In this document: one piece after another, positions 26,405-35,621 of the stretch
Layout of the letters: the number at the start of each line of letters is the position of its first letter
Numbering within the stretch: the first letter of the stretch is position 1
Virus record (IMG/VR): IMGVR_UViG_3300019879_000029
Location: 1-38,636 of that record
Direction: 5' to 3' (one strand)
Length of the DNA stretch: 38,636 nucleotides
Origin: a virus
Taxonomy: Duplodnaviria > Caudoviricetes
Translations under genes and position numbers: made by a program
The notes under the pieces: model-generated
Database searches by the model: none
What the model saw: only the letters and a program-made list of their open reading frames with translations
Told to the model about the DNA's origin: nothing

Positions 26405-26734
26405 ATGCAATCCCAGCCAGCCACTGGAACCACGGAAAGACAGATAGACAACATACAAAACACGCTGCGCGCGCTCGAGATAGACGCGCATCAAGCCGGC
26501 CTTAGCTATGACTTCCTGTTGGTGGCCGCAAAACGCCAGTTTGTTATCGGAGCACTCGAGCGGAACAAATGGAACCAGTGTAAGGCCGCGCGGGATCTAA
26601 GTCTCCACCGCAACACATTGAGCCGAACCATGGCGGAGTTGAAGATAGCACATCCAACCGCTCCCAAAAAACCGCGCGCTGACTACCGTCAACGCATTGT
26701 GGTTCGTGCAGGCGAGCGATTTCCGACGATCTAA
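26405..26734 (+). CDS. Fis-type HTH regulator
   Basis: ALERNKWNQCKAARDLSLHRNTLSR. Confidence 0.85.
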   Translation: MQSQPATGTTERQIDNIQNTLRALEIDAHQAGLSYDFLLVAAKRQFVIGALERNKWNQCKAARDLSLHRNTLSRTMAELKIAHPTAPKKPRADYRQRIVVRAGERFPTI

Positions 26735-26735
26735 C

Positions 26736-26903
26736 GTGATAAACGACGAACAAACCGGCCGCATCTATATTGCGCTCAATGTGTTTGGAAGTTGCTGGGA
26801 CTTAGTCGAAGTCGACCGGATTCGCTATTGGGTCGGAACAAACAAACACGGTGTCGAGACCGTAGTGCAGGCGACAGGACAGGAGCAGGATACCGATGGG
26901 TAA
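26736..26903 (+). CDS. Small hypothetical protein
   Basis: GTG start just after the previous stop; fills the gap. Confidence 0.4.
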   Translation: MINDEQTGRIYIALNVFGSCWDLVEVDRIRYWVGTNKHGVETVVQATGQEQDTDG

Positions 26904-27840
26904 GATTACGACAATCGAGTGGTGTGACTCTACAGCCAATCCCCAGATGGGATGCGATGGCTGCGAGTTATGGCACGAGAAGACTTGCATCCATTGCGGG
27001 CGACCGATCGAAGTGATTTGGAGCGATGACCCCTGGCCCGAAAAGCACTACCAACACAAGGGCGGCGTGATTCAATGCGCCAAAAGTGGAACCGTGGCAG
27101 CGCCTGTGCGTACGTGCTACGCCGGTATCTGGGTTAATCGTCACGCTGGACTAAAGGGCTATCCCATGTCCTTTGACAAACCCGAGTTGTTCTTGCACCG
27201 TCTCTTAGAAGTTGAGCGTTGGCCCGATCTTCGTGGGAAAGAACGTCCGGACAAGCCATGGATGAACGGGCTGCCGCGGTGCATCTTTCTCGACGATCTT
27301 GGCGATACGTTCACTGCTTCGCTGGATCTTTTCTGGTTGGCAACCCCCGCTGCGATTCTGGATGGCCGGACGCCGCTCGAGGTCTTGGCGAAGACCAAAG
27401 CTATCATCATGGTGCTGACCAAGCGGGCAGACAGGATGCGGCAGTTCTTTGACCGCTACCCATGCCCAGACAACTTCATCCCCATGACGTCTGTCACCGG
27501 CCCAGAGACCGTTAACCGCGTCCGGGACTTGACGAAGATCAATGCCAAGTGGCACGGGATAAGCGCCGAACCGCTATTGAAGGAAGTCACCGCCGCGCTA
27601 GAACCGTACTTCGCCAAGACCCCAATCTGGGCAATCACCGGCGGGGAGTCTGGACCAACGCGCAGGCCCGACGATCTCGAGCACTACCGCACGCTGCGCA
27701 ACATGACGATTCAGTATGGCGGCAAGTTCTTCATGAAGCAGCGCGACAAGGTGCTTCCGATCCCGCCCGACTTACTCATACGGCAAATACCACCATTCAC
27801 CCTAACCAAAGAACCGGAGGTAGCCCATGCCAACTCTTAA
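26896..27840 (+). CDS. DUF5131 (phage Gp37/Gp68) family protein
   Basis: TTIEWCDSTANPQMGC..C...CYA; LTKR; ISAEPLL; WAITGGESG; FFMKQ. Confidence 0.88.
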   Translation: MGKITTIEWCDSTANPQMGCDGCELWHEKTCIHCGRPIEVIWSDDPWPEKHYQHKGGVIQCAKSGTVAAPVRTCYAGIWVNRHAGLKGYPMSFDKPELFLHRLLEVERWPDLRGKERPDKPWMNGLPRCIFLDDLGDTFTASLDLFWLATPAAILDGRTPLEVLAKTKAIIMVLTKRADRMRQFFDRYPCPDNFIPMTSVTGPETVNRVRDLTKINAKWHGISAEPLLKEVTAALEPYFAKTPIWAITGGESGPTRRPDDLEHYRTLRNMTIQYGGKFFMKQRDKVLPIPPDLLIRQIPPFTLTKEPEVAHANS

Positions 27841-28213
27841 CTTCAAACATCAGTTCAGGCCACACATCAGGAGTGGGCGTAAGAAACATACGATCCGGGC
27901 AAAGCGTAAGCGCCCGATCAAACCAGGGGACAAACTCTATCTGTACACCGGCATGCGGACTAAGCAGTGCCAGAAGATCATGGACGCCACGTGCGTGAAG
28001 GTGGAAGAGATCGTCATCTGCCTCAACCGTACACCTTTAGGGCCAAGCGCACTGGAGACCTGTGGGATATTTATCGAGGGCATTGCGCTCAACAATGACG
28101 AAAAGGATCGCCTAGCCTACATGGATGGCTTCGACAACTTTGCCGACATGATGAAGTTCTGGGACGGACGCTTGCCGTTCACTGGCGACATCATTTATTG
28201 GAGTGGAAAATGA
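27827..28213 (+). CDS. ASCH/PUA-like protein
   Basis: LNF...IRSGRKKHTIR...GDKLYLYTGMRT...AYMDGF. Confidence 0.75.
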   Translation: MPTLNFKHQFRPHIRSGRKKHTIRAKRKRPIKPGDKLYLYTGMRTKQCQKIMDATCVKVEEIVICLNRTPLGPSALETCGIFIEGIALNNDEKDRLAYMDGFDNFADMMKFWDGRLPFTGDIIYWSGK

Positions 28214-28653
28214 GCATGAGCGGAAACCATGAGCGGCTAATGAACGTACGCCTACTCGTGATCGACGACGAGGCCCGCGGCAAGGTGCAGAAGGTCATCA
28301 ACTACTCCGCCAAGCCCGAGAACTGGTACAACGTTTTCCCTGGCGGCAAGACCACACAGGAGCCACCGGGACACAACTACCGGCACTGTGTGAACCTAGA
28401 CACTTACCGGTGCGTTTTTTCCTTTACACACGACCATGGAGCGGATAAAGTTTTCCGTCATCTATCGATTTCAGTCCCAACCAAGGACAAGTACGCGCAC
28501 ATCTTGGCAGCGTTCATGATTGCAGATTTGTTCCTTTTTGAGGGTTGGGACGGAACGACTATAGACAAACCACCAGATGGCTGGCTCCTGAAAGTGGACG
28601 AGAAAGACCACTGCATCGTGCTGGCGCAAGCGACACCGGCGATCATTATCTGA
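28210..28653 (+). CDS. Hypothetical protein
   Basis: ATGA overlap; RHLSIS motif. Confidence 0.6.
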   Translation: MSMSGNHERLMNVRLLVIDDEARGKVQKVINYSAKPENWYNVFPGGKTTQEPPGHNYRHCVNLDTYRCVFSFTHDHGADKVFRHLSISVPTKDKYAHILAAFMIADLFLFEGWDGTTIDKPPDGWLLKVDEKDHCIVLAQATPAIII

Positions 28654-28673
28654 TTTCAGGGGAAGAGGAAACA

Positions 28674-28949
28674 ATGTTTGTCACATGCAAAGACTGCAAT
28701 CTTAGATTCGATGATTCGGTGCGCTCCACACTGTGCCCGCATACGCGGTTCATTTCTGAAGCGAACCGGAAACAGAAGGACCTCGCGTTCTCGCTGGTCG
28801 GAAAGAAACTCCGTTTCGCCCACCAGGTGGACGATCCGAACGGCGAAGACGTTTACATTCAAAGCATCAACCAGGATGGCATGGTCACACTACGCGGTTG
28901 GTCTGGTGAGTTCACTCCCACGCTATTCGTAGAGGTAAAATCCGCATGA
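28674..28949 (+). CDS. Hypothetical protein
   Basis: GAGG SD; CKDC...CPH. Confidence 0.6.
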   Translation: MFVTCKDCNLRFDDSVRSTLCPHTRFISEANRKQKDLAFSLVGKKLRFAHQVDDPNGEDVYIQSINQDGMVTLRGWSGEFTPTLFVEVKSA

Positions 28950-29374
28950 GCGCGTGCGACACGTGCGCCTTCCGCCAGGGCTGTGAGACTCACGACAGCG
29001 AGCCCTACAACCGGCTCAAGGCGATGATCTGCGCCAAGGCCGGCATTCCGTTCTTTTGTCACCATGGCTTTGAGTGGCAAGATACGCAGATATTTGAAAT
29101 CAACCGCAGGTTCGTAACTATCGGCGGCAGTGGCACGCCACAGCACGTCTGCGCCGGATGGAAGCGCCAAGTGGCAAAATTCAAGGAAGACGGATGGTTC
29201 CCGCGAGATCCAGAGCAGCGGAGGGTACAACTACAGGTTGGTCGCGCGGCGCTGACGCTCATGCGCCGGTTCGTGGAAGCGCTGGCAGGATCAAAGGAAA
29301 AAGACGAGGCATATATCGATCTCAAGATTTGCGTAGTGATGCTATTCCGGGTTGCCGAGGAGGACCGCAGATGA
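28946..29374 (+). CDS. Hypothetical Cys/His protein
   Basis: CDTCAFR...FFCH...CAGW. Confidence 0.6.
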   Translation: MSACDTCAFRQGCETHDSEPYNRLKAMICAKAGIPFFCHHGFEWQDTQIFEINRRFVTIGGSGTPQHVCAGWKRQVAKFKEDGWFPRDPEQRRVQLQVGRAALTLMRRFVEALAGSKEKDEAYIDLKICVVMLFRVAEEDRR

Positions 29375-29889
29375 TTACCCTTACTCAACGCTTCAATGAT
29401 CGTGTCACTAGTCTATTCAATAGCCAGCAGAGCCGCTCCCGCGAGAAGAAGAACAAGAACGGTCGCATCATCAAAAAGGGCTACATCCTGCCGTTTAATA
29501 AAAAGCAGTTCACCTCATGGATGCTCGACCAGTTCGGCGGCGAGAACGGAGCAATCCAGTGCCGCTACTGCCGGCGGCCAATCGACGCATACAGTTGCCA
29601 GATTGACCACGGTATGCCACTTGCTCGCAGCGGCAGTCCAGGACTGGGAAATCTTTGCCCAACCTGTGCCCCTTGTAACGATACAAAGGGGCAACTTACA
29701 CCAGAAGAGTTTCAGTTTTTTCTCGACAAGATGGCCGAGATGTCGATGCGTTTTCACTCTGGCATCGCCGTCCAGAACATCACGCACCGGCTGGAGAGTT
29801 ACTCGGCAATGAAGGCCACGGTGAACCGACATCATGCAGGGCGACAGAAGGCCACAGTCGCAGCAGTGGTGGAAGAGGAGCCGTTCTGA
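29371..29889 (+). CDS. HNH endonuclease
   Basis: CRYC...IDHGMPLARSG...NL...CAPCNDTKG. Confidence 0.85.
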   Translation: MITLTQRFNDRVTSLFNSQQSRSREKKNKNGRIIKKGYILPFNKKQFTSWMLDQFGGENGAIQCRYCRRPIDAYSCQIDHGMPLARSGSPGLGNLCPTCAPCNDTKGQLTPEEFQFFLDKMAEMSMRFHSGIAVQNITHRLESYSAMKATVNRHHAGRQKATVAAVVEEEPF

Positions 29890-30314
29890 TGAGCACGAAC
29901 TACATTCAAGTTCACGATCCAGCCACCGATGGCAACCCGTCATGCCATGTGTGCGGGGTTGCGATGGTGGCTGTTCCTCCCAATTGGTTCTGCCAATCAT
30001 GTGGAGTTACGACCCAACCAGAGACGTTGGCCTTGGAGGACTTCGAGCGCGAATACGAAGGAACGGTTTGCGCGGTTTGCCAGTCAGAGAAATGGCCAAA
30101 CTCCCCTTTCTGCCGTTCGTGCTCGATCAAACTTCAGCGGGCGCGGCTGATGCAGCGAATGAAGGACACGATGGATTCGCACGGCAGAGAGTGGCAGAAG
30201 TGGCCGCCTTTCAGCCTACGCTATTTTTGGCAGCACTATGACAGATGCCGCCTGTATCTGGCCGACATGAGAAGACACTTTTTAACCCCGACAAAAGGAG
30301 AAGACAGTGAGTAG
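29889..30314 (+). CDS. Multi-CxxC Zn-finger protein
   Basis: Four CxxC pairs; GAGGAG SD. Confidence 0.6.
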   Translation: MSTNYIQVHDPATDGNPSCHVCGVAMVAVPPNWFCQSCGVTTQPETLALEDFEREYEGTVCAVCQSEKWPNSPFCRSCSIKLQRARLMQRMKDTMDSHGREWQKWPPFSLRYFWQHYDRCRLYLADMRRHFLTPTKGEDSE

Positions 30315-30939
30315 AGACGGCGTCAAATACGAGCACAACAAAGATGTCCGATTCAGCTTTTTCCCAGGCAAGCGCCGCAAGGTTGTTCTGGAGAAGATGA
30401 CGGCGAACGAGAAAGACAACAATCCTAACCTGATATTCGGTTTCCGTATGCCGATTACCGGCGAATCTATGGTGGGTCTTCCAGACTTTATCCGGCCTGC
30501 CTATGAGGCCGTAAACCAAGAAAGCTCGCTGGTTCCCGATGCGGGCCTGGGAGACTTCGAGTTGGCTGGGATGACGCTCGAGTTCTTCCATAACCAACCC
30601 GACGGCTCAAAGCGCATGATCATGATGACGAACAAATCTTTATTCAAATTCAGCATCGAACGCGAGAAGGACGGCGATTCGTTCATCACGTTAATGCGCT
30701 TCAAGGTGCGCGTCGAAGAGACCAGGGCCCGACTGCTTTTCTGGCACGACAAAAGAGGGGTGACCGTCTGGGCCGATTTCACTCCGACCGCGGATGCCAC
30801 AAGGGAAGCGGATGATAACCAGATGAGTTTCGAGGATGAGGCTGGTAAGTCTCATCACGAGGAAGATGAAGACGAGCGCGAAGAGTCCGACATGCCACAC
30901 CAGACGGAAGACAGGGCCAAGGCCGTCAAGGCGAACTAG
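30307..30939 (+). CDS. Hypothetical protein with acidic tail
   Basis: AAGGAG SD; 210 aa. Confidence 0.6.
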   Translation: MSRDGVKYEHNKDVRFSFFPGKRRKVVLEKMTANEKDNNPNLIFGFRMPITGESMVGLPDFIRPAYEAVNQESSLVPDAGLGDFELAGMTLEFFHNQPDGSKRMIMMTNKSLFKFSIEREKDGDSFITLMRFKVRVEETRARLLFWHDKRGVTVWADFTPTADATREADDNQMSFEDEAGKSHHEEDEDEREESDMPHQTEDRAKAVKAN

Positions 30940-30998
30940 GAGCCTGGGGTAAACCCTGGGAAAACAGCCAACAGAGATACTTAGGATAAAACAAGACT

Positions 30999-31610
30999 AT
31001 GAAGCACGAATTAAATCTAGCAGCCATTGCCGCAGCAGCACGCGGCGATATCAAGAATGCCGTCATTGCCTCAACCCCTGGAGGCATCGAGAGGCAGGAG
31101 GCAGAAGGCCAAAAGGCCTTCGTCACATCAGGTACCCTACCGAATTGCTCCCAACTGCAACAGAAGCAACTCGAGAAGGCAGGGTTCACGTTCGGCACAC
31201 AGGCTGACGACCTTTTCGTCAATGTCAGATTTCCGCCTGGTTGGACCAAGAAAGCAACCGACCACTCGATGTGGTCAGAGTTGCGCGATGCCAAGGGGCG
31301 GAAGCGCGCGGGGATCTTCTACAAAGCGGCGTTCTATGATCGTTCAGCCCACATGCAACTCGAGCGCCGTTACACCGTCAGCGGCGAAGCACTGAAAGCA
31401 GACGGCAGCGTATTTGACTGGGCAAAAGATAAACAGCCAGTGAAGGAGCGCGCGGTCGTGACTGACCATGCTACAGGCCAAACTCTCTGGGCATCTGACC
31501 CGTGGTTATACGCGGAGTTCAGTGCAGGAGATAAACCAACCGGTGTGGCTACCGCGTGGCTGAAGGAGCACTTCCCTGAGCACGAGGACCCATCTGCGTA
31601 CTGGGACTAA
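30999..31610 (+). CDS. Phage hypothetical protein
   Basis: PGGIERQEAEGQ...TDHSMWS...IFYKAAFYDR...AYWD. Confidence 0.7.
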   Translation: MKHELNLAAIAAAARGDIKNAVIASTPGGIERQEAEGQKAFVTSGTLPNCSQLQQKQLEKAGFTFGTQADDLFVNVRFPPGWTKKATDHSMWSELRDAKGRKRAGIFYKAAFYDRSAHMQLERRYTVSGEALKADGSVFDWAKDKQPVKERAVVTDHATGQTLWASDPWLYAEFSAGDKPTGVATAWLKEHFPEHEDPSAYWD

Positions 31611-31740
31611 GACTTTCGAGGAAGTAAATCTAAAAGCACCTGAAAGGGGGAAGATAAATTCCTATTGATTCCGGCGGTGACCCATGGGCAAAATGTTGTT
31701 GCCGCCGGAGTTGTAAACCGCTCCCAGAAAGGAGGATATC

Positions 31741-31917
31741 GTGGACGCTGAAGCACGCTACAAACTGGCGCAACTGACAAACCCGGAACTACAGCAGCTT
31801 TTATCTGACCGAGCAGGCGATAATCGCCAGATAGTGAACGGGCGAGATCAAGACGACGATCATCTACTCAGCCGCACTGAAGCCATCGACCTGATCATGC
31901 AAGGAGTTATTCAATGA
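31741..31917 (+). CDS. 58-aa hypothetical protein
   Basis: AAGGAGG SD before GTG; ATGA overlap with the next gene. Confidence 0.6.
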   Translation: MDAEARYKLAQLTNPELQQLLSDRAGDNRQIVNGRDQDDDHLLSRTEAIDLIMQGVIQ

Positions 31918-32306
31918 ACACAGAGAACATCGTGAAGTTTCTACAGACGGCCTACACCGACCAGGGCCTCGCCGATCTAAGAGCCCACACCGAAGAAGGG
32001 AAGTTGAGTGCCCGTTCTTGCTGTTGCCTGATTGGAATCACCAACGCACCCCATGCCCTGCGAGGAGAGATACTGGAGTTCACACAGGGCAGAACATTGC
32101 CACCAGGGTCGACTCACCACCAAACAGTGCGGCTCGGCAGCGCGCTGGCGGACTCCGCGGAATGTGAGTTCTTTGCTCTCGGGACGGACGATGCCGAGCG
32201 CCGGCAGAGATTACTGCCGCTCATCCTGGCCGAGGAAGAGCGCCGCGCCAGGGAACGCCACCATCAGGCTGTAGCCGAGGCCCTGATTCTCGTGTCCAGC
32301 GTATGA
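31914..32306 (+). CDS. Hypothetical protein
   Basis: AAGGAG SD; coupled. Confidence 0.6.
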   Translation: MNTENIVKFLQTAYTDQGLADLRAHTEEGKLSARSCCCLIGITNAPHALRGEILEFTQGRTLPPGSTHHQTVRLGSALADSAECEFFALGTDDAERRQRLLPLILAEEERRARERHHQAVAEALILVSSV

Positions 32307-32548
32307 GCATGGTAGCGGTGTTCAAGATGTCCTGCTGCGGGCGCGAGGTCGTCCACGGCAGGCACGAAGGCAACGAAATGCACCATCCAACACAGAAGTG
32401 CCCATTTGGCTGCAAGGCTCCGATTGATCCGCGAGGACGTGAAACTGACCCTTCGCTGTCGTTCACGCGCTATACCGAGGCCAACTTGTTATCTCCGGAG
32501 TTGCGGGCGACTGCTGGCAAGTGGCTCAAATGGCCAGAGGTGGCATGA
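32303..32548 (+). CDS. Hypothetical protein
   Basis: ATGA overlap. Confidence 0.5.
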   Translation: MSMVAVFKMSCCGREVVHGRHEGNEMHHPTQKCPFGCKAPIDPRGRETDPSLSFTRYTEANLLSPELRATAGKWLKWPEVA

Positions 32549-33649
32549 ATGCCTATCACAAAAAAACCGCTGTGCGTAGACCTCTACGCAGGACTTGGCG
32601 GCTGGGCTGAAGGATTCCTGGCAGAGGGGTATCGAGTGCAAGGCTACGACATAGAGAAGCACGATTACGGAACCGGGACGTATCCGGGCGAGTTGTTCAT
32701 CCGTGATGTGCGTTCGCTGCATGGCTCACAGTTTGCTGATGCTGCGGTTATCGTGGCCAGCCCGCCGTGTAACGAGTACAGCTATATGGCGATGCCATGG
32801 TCGCGGGCAAAGCAGATTGCCAGAGCACTTCGCGGCAAAGGTGAATTTCCATGCGGCTATACCGGGTCGCGCACCATCGAGGATCTGAATGCGCTGTTTG
32901 ATGCTTGCTTCCGCATCCAGCGCGAAGCAAGCGAGGCGGCCGGCAGACATATCCCCATGATCGTTGAAAATGTTCGCGGAGCTTGTCCTTGGGTTGGCAG
33001 GTCGGCTTGGAATTATGGGAGTTTCCATCTCTGGGGAGATGTCCCTGCTTTAATGCCGATTACGTTTCGCGGAGAAAGAAAATCCAGCACAGGCTCGTGG
33101 GACCCGGCGCGCACTGGAGCCGCTTCAGGCGGATCATTTCAATCGGCGTCGGTCGCGGCCACGTCGGGATTGAAATTACCTGGCAATAGCTCGAATGATC
33201 GGTGGTCGGAAAGGCCAATTCAGCGACTCAAAGATTTCATTCCCGTTGAGCATCATGGCCCATTCGCGAAAGAGGACGGCGTGAAAGTTGGCAATACGTC
33301 GGGCATCGGCTCCAACTTCTCATGGAACCTGAACGAAGAATTTCAGGCGCTGCGCAGAGACGGCGTGAAGGTCGGCATGGCCAGTGAGCGTGAAGGTGTG
33401 AAAGTGTCTGTCTACTCCGATCCAAGGCGCAACGGCGGCAAAGGAAGCCACCTGAAAAGCGCAAGAGAGAATCTGGAGCGGCTGCGGGATGCGGGAACTA
33501 AACAGGAAGGCAGTGGCCCAATTTGGTTCGATACAGGAATAGCGGCCATGAGTTCAAAGGGCCATAAGCGCAAGGCTGCCTCTGCTGAGATCGCCAAAAT
33601 TCCGCTGCCTTTGGCCTTGCATATTGCAAGGATGTTTTTAAGGAGTTAG
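32549..33649 (+). CDS. DNA cytosine-C5 methyltransferase-like protein with repeat insertion
   Basis: DLYAGLGG (motif I), ASPPC (IV), IVENV (VI), C-terminal AKIPLPLA. Confidence 0.8.
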   Translation: MPITKKPLCVDLYAGLGGWAEGFLAEGYRVQGYDIEKHDYGTGTYPGELFIRDVRSLHGSQFADAAVIVASPPCNEYSYMAMPWSRAKQIARALRGKGEFPCGYTGSRTIEDLNALFDACFRIQREASEAAGRHIPMIVENVRGACPWVGRSAWNYGSFHLWGDVPALMPITFRGERKSSTGSWDPARTGAASGGSFQSASVAATSGLKLPGNSSNDRWSERPIQRLKDFIPVEHHGPFAKEDGVKVGNTSGIGSNFSWNLNEEFQALRRDGVKVGMASEREGVKVSVYSDPRRNGGKGSHLKSARENLERLRDAGTKQEGSGPIWFDTGIAAMSSKGHKRKAASAEIAKIPLPLALHIARMFLRS

Positions 33650-33656
33650 GACTTAA

Positions 33657-34391
33657 GTGAGTAGGCTCTACTACGAGCATGCAGGCATCAAACTATTCCA
33701 TGGTGACTGCCGCAGCATACTGCCAGAGGAGAAGGCGGGCGACTGTGTTCTCGCTGACCCGCCCTACGGGATCACCTCCCTCTACTGGGATCGCTGGCCC
33801 ACCGGATGGATTGGGGCCATCAAATCCGACTCTCTCTGGTGTTTTGGGAAACTCCGGACTTTCATGGATCATCGAGAGGAGTTTAAAGGCTGGAAGTCGT
33901 CCCATGATGTCGTATGGGAGAAACACAACGGTTCGGGATTCAAGTGCGATACCTTCAGGCAGGTACACGAGCAGGCTGCGCACTTCTACCGCGGTCGATG
34001 GGACGCGATTTATCACAAGGTGCCACTCACAAATGATGCAGTGAAGAGAACGACCAGAAGAAAAGAGCGCCCAGCGCACATGGGAAAAATCCCGAATTCG
34101 ACATTCAAGAGTATGGATGGTGGGCCGCGGCAGGCCCGCTCGGTGATCTATTGCCGGTCAACACACGGGCAAGCACAGAACGAAACCGAGAAGCCCGTAA
34201 CACTCTTGAAACTCCTACTGCAGTACGCATGTCCCCCGAGGGGACTGGTGATTGTCCCGTTCGCTGGCTCCGGCTCGGAGTTGGTAGCGGCAAAGCAATT
34301 GGGCTTGAGTGCCATAGGTTGCGAGTTGCGCGAGGAGCAATGCGAGTTCGCTGCCAAGCGACTGGACCAGGAGGTACTCCAGTTTCCATGA
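33657..34391 (+). CDS. N6-adenine/N4-cytosine DNA methyltransferase (beta class)
   Basis: DPPY precedes TEKP and PFAGSGS. Confidence 0.88.
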   Translation: MSRLYYEHAGIKLFHGDCRSILPEEKAGDCVLADPPYGITSLYWDRWPTGWIGAIKSDSLWCFGKLRTFMDHREEFKGWKSSHDVVWEKHNGSGFKCDTFRQVHEQAAHFYRGRWDAIYHKVPLTNDAVKRTTRRKERPAHMGKIPNSTFKSMDGGPRQARSVIYCRSTHGQAQNETEKPVTLLKLLLQYACPPRGLVIVPFAGSGSELVAAKQLGLSAIGCELREEQCEFAAKRLDQEVLQFP

Positions 34392-34903
34392 GCCGCAAAG
34401 GGATCGGCGGTCACACACTGGCCAACAATGGCCGGAATGAGTTGTGGCTCACACCACCGCAGATCATTCAGGCGCTCGGCGAGTTCTACCTAGACCTATG
34501 CGCCTGTCCCGAGCCTCGCCCCTGGCCGACTGCGGCATTCCACATCGCATTGCCAGAAGACGGCCTTGTAGCCGACTGGCGCAACTCCCGTGTGTGGCTC
34601 AACCCTCCCTATGGCGACAAGATCGGCCCGTGGATGGAACGCATGGCAAAAAACGCCAACGGTATCGCACTGACGTTCGCCAGGACGGAAACTGATTTCT
34701 GGCAGCGTTCAATTTGGCCATACGCCAGACTCGTATTGTTCATCAAAGGCCGGCTGAACTTCTACCTGCCCGACGGTTCCCGCTCGCGATACAATGCCGG
34801 TGGGCCCTCGGCACTGATCGCTTACTCTGACAATGACGCTGAAGCGCTGCGGAAGTCCGGTATCGCCGGGGCGCTGGTGAAGCCAGAAAGGCGGGAAGGA
34901 TGA
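34388..34903 (+). CDS. Phage DNA N6-adenine methyltransferase (Dam-like)
   Basis: WLTP, LDLC, DGL, VWLNPPYG, ARTET, GRLNF. Confidence 0.85.
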   Translation: MSRKGIGGHTLANNGRNELWLTPPQIIQALGEFYLDLCACPEPRPWPTAAFHIALPEDGLVADWRNSRVWLNPPYGDKIGPWMERMAKNANGIALTFARTETDFWQRSIWPYARLVLFIKGRLNFYLPDGSRSRYNAGGPSALIAYSDNDAEALRKSGIAGALVKPERREG

Positions 34904-35244
34904 AAACAGAGGTCAAAGACCTGCCGCTATTCCATGGCGTGCCCGATCCTGAAGACCGGCGGACCAGAATCCAGCGCGAGTTCGAGCAGTTCCACGCGGA
35001 CAACCCCCGCATTTACGCTTTGATCGTGAAATACTCGCGAGAGGTCCTGCGCGTTGGGCGCCTACGGTACTCAATGGACGCCATATTCGAACGTATCAGG
35101 TGGCACATGTACATCGAGACCAAGGCTACCGACGAATTCAAGCTGAATGACCACTACACCAGCCGGTACGCGCGGTTAGTCATGGCGCAAGAGAAAGACC
35201 TGGCCGGGTTCTTTGAGGTGAGGACATTGAGGGCAGATCAATGA
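34900..35244 (+). CDS. Phage hypothetical protein
   Basis: FHADNP...FERIRW...FKLNDHYTSRYARL. Confidence 0.7.
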   Translation: MKTEVKDLPLFHGVPDPEDRRTRIQREFEQFHADNPRIYALIVKYSREVLRVGRLRYSMDAIFERIRWHMYIETKATDEFKLNDHYTSRYARLVMAQEKDLAGFFEVRTLRADQ

Positions 35245-35621
35245 AGGTATCCGTCCTAAATCTAGGGGCTGGTGTCCAGAGCACGACCATCTACCTGATG
35301 GCGTGTGCCAATCTCAAAAGTTCTATGGGTGTTCCGTTTCCTGCCGTTGGGTACATAGACTTCGCCATTTTTGCCGACACACAGGACGAACCTGAAGAGG
35401 TTTACGAGCACCTGAAATGGCTTCAGAGTCTGGATGGTGTTCCTATCCTGGTACGCACCAAAGGCAAGCTGAGTGATGATCTGCGGAATGGGAGAAATTC
35501 TACAGGGCAGAGATTCGCTTCCATTCCGGCGTTTACAGCGCCCGATAGGCCGATGGACTACAGTGGTCCGGTCGAGGAAGCCCGGTTGCGTCGGCAGTGC
35601 ACCAAAGAACCATGGCGATGA
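35241..35621 (+). pseudogene. PAPS-reductase-like (PP-loop) protein, C-terminally truncated
   Basis: LNLGAGVQST, AIFADTQDEP, RRQCTKE, then an abrupt stop. Confidence 0.65.
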
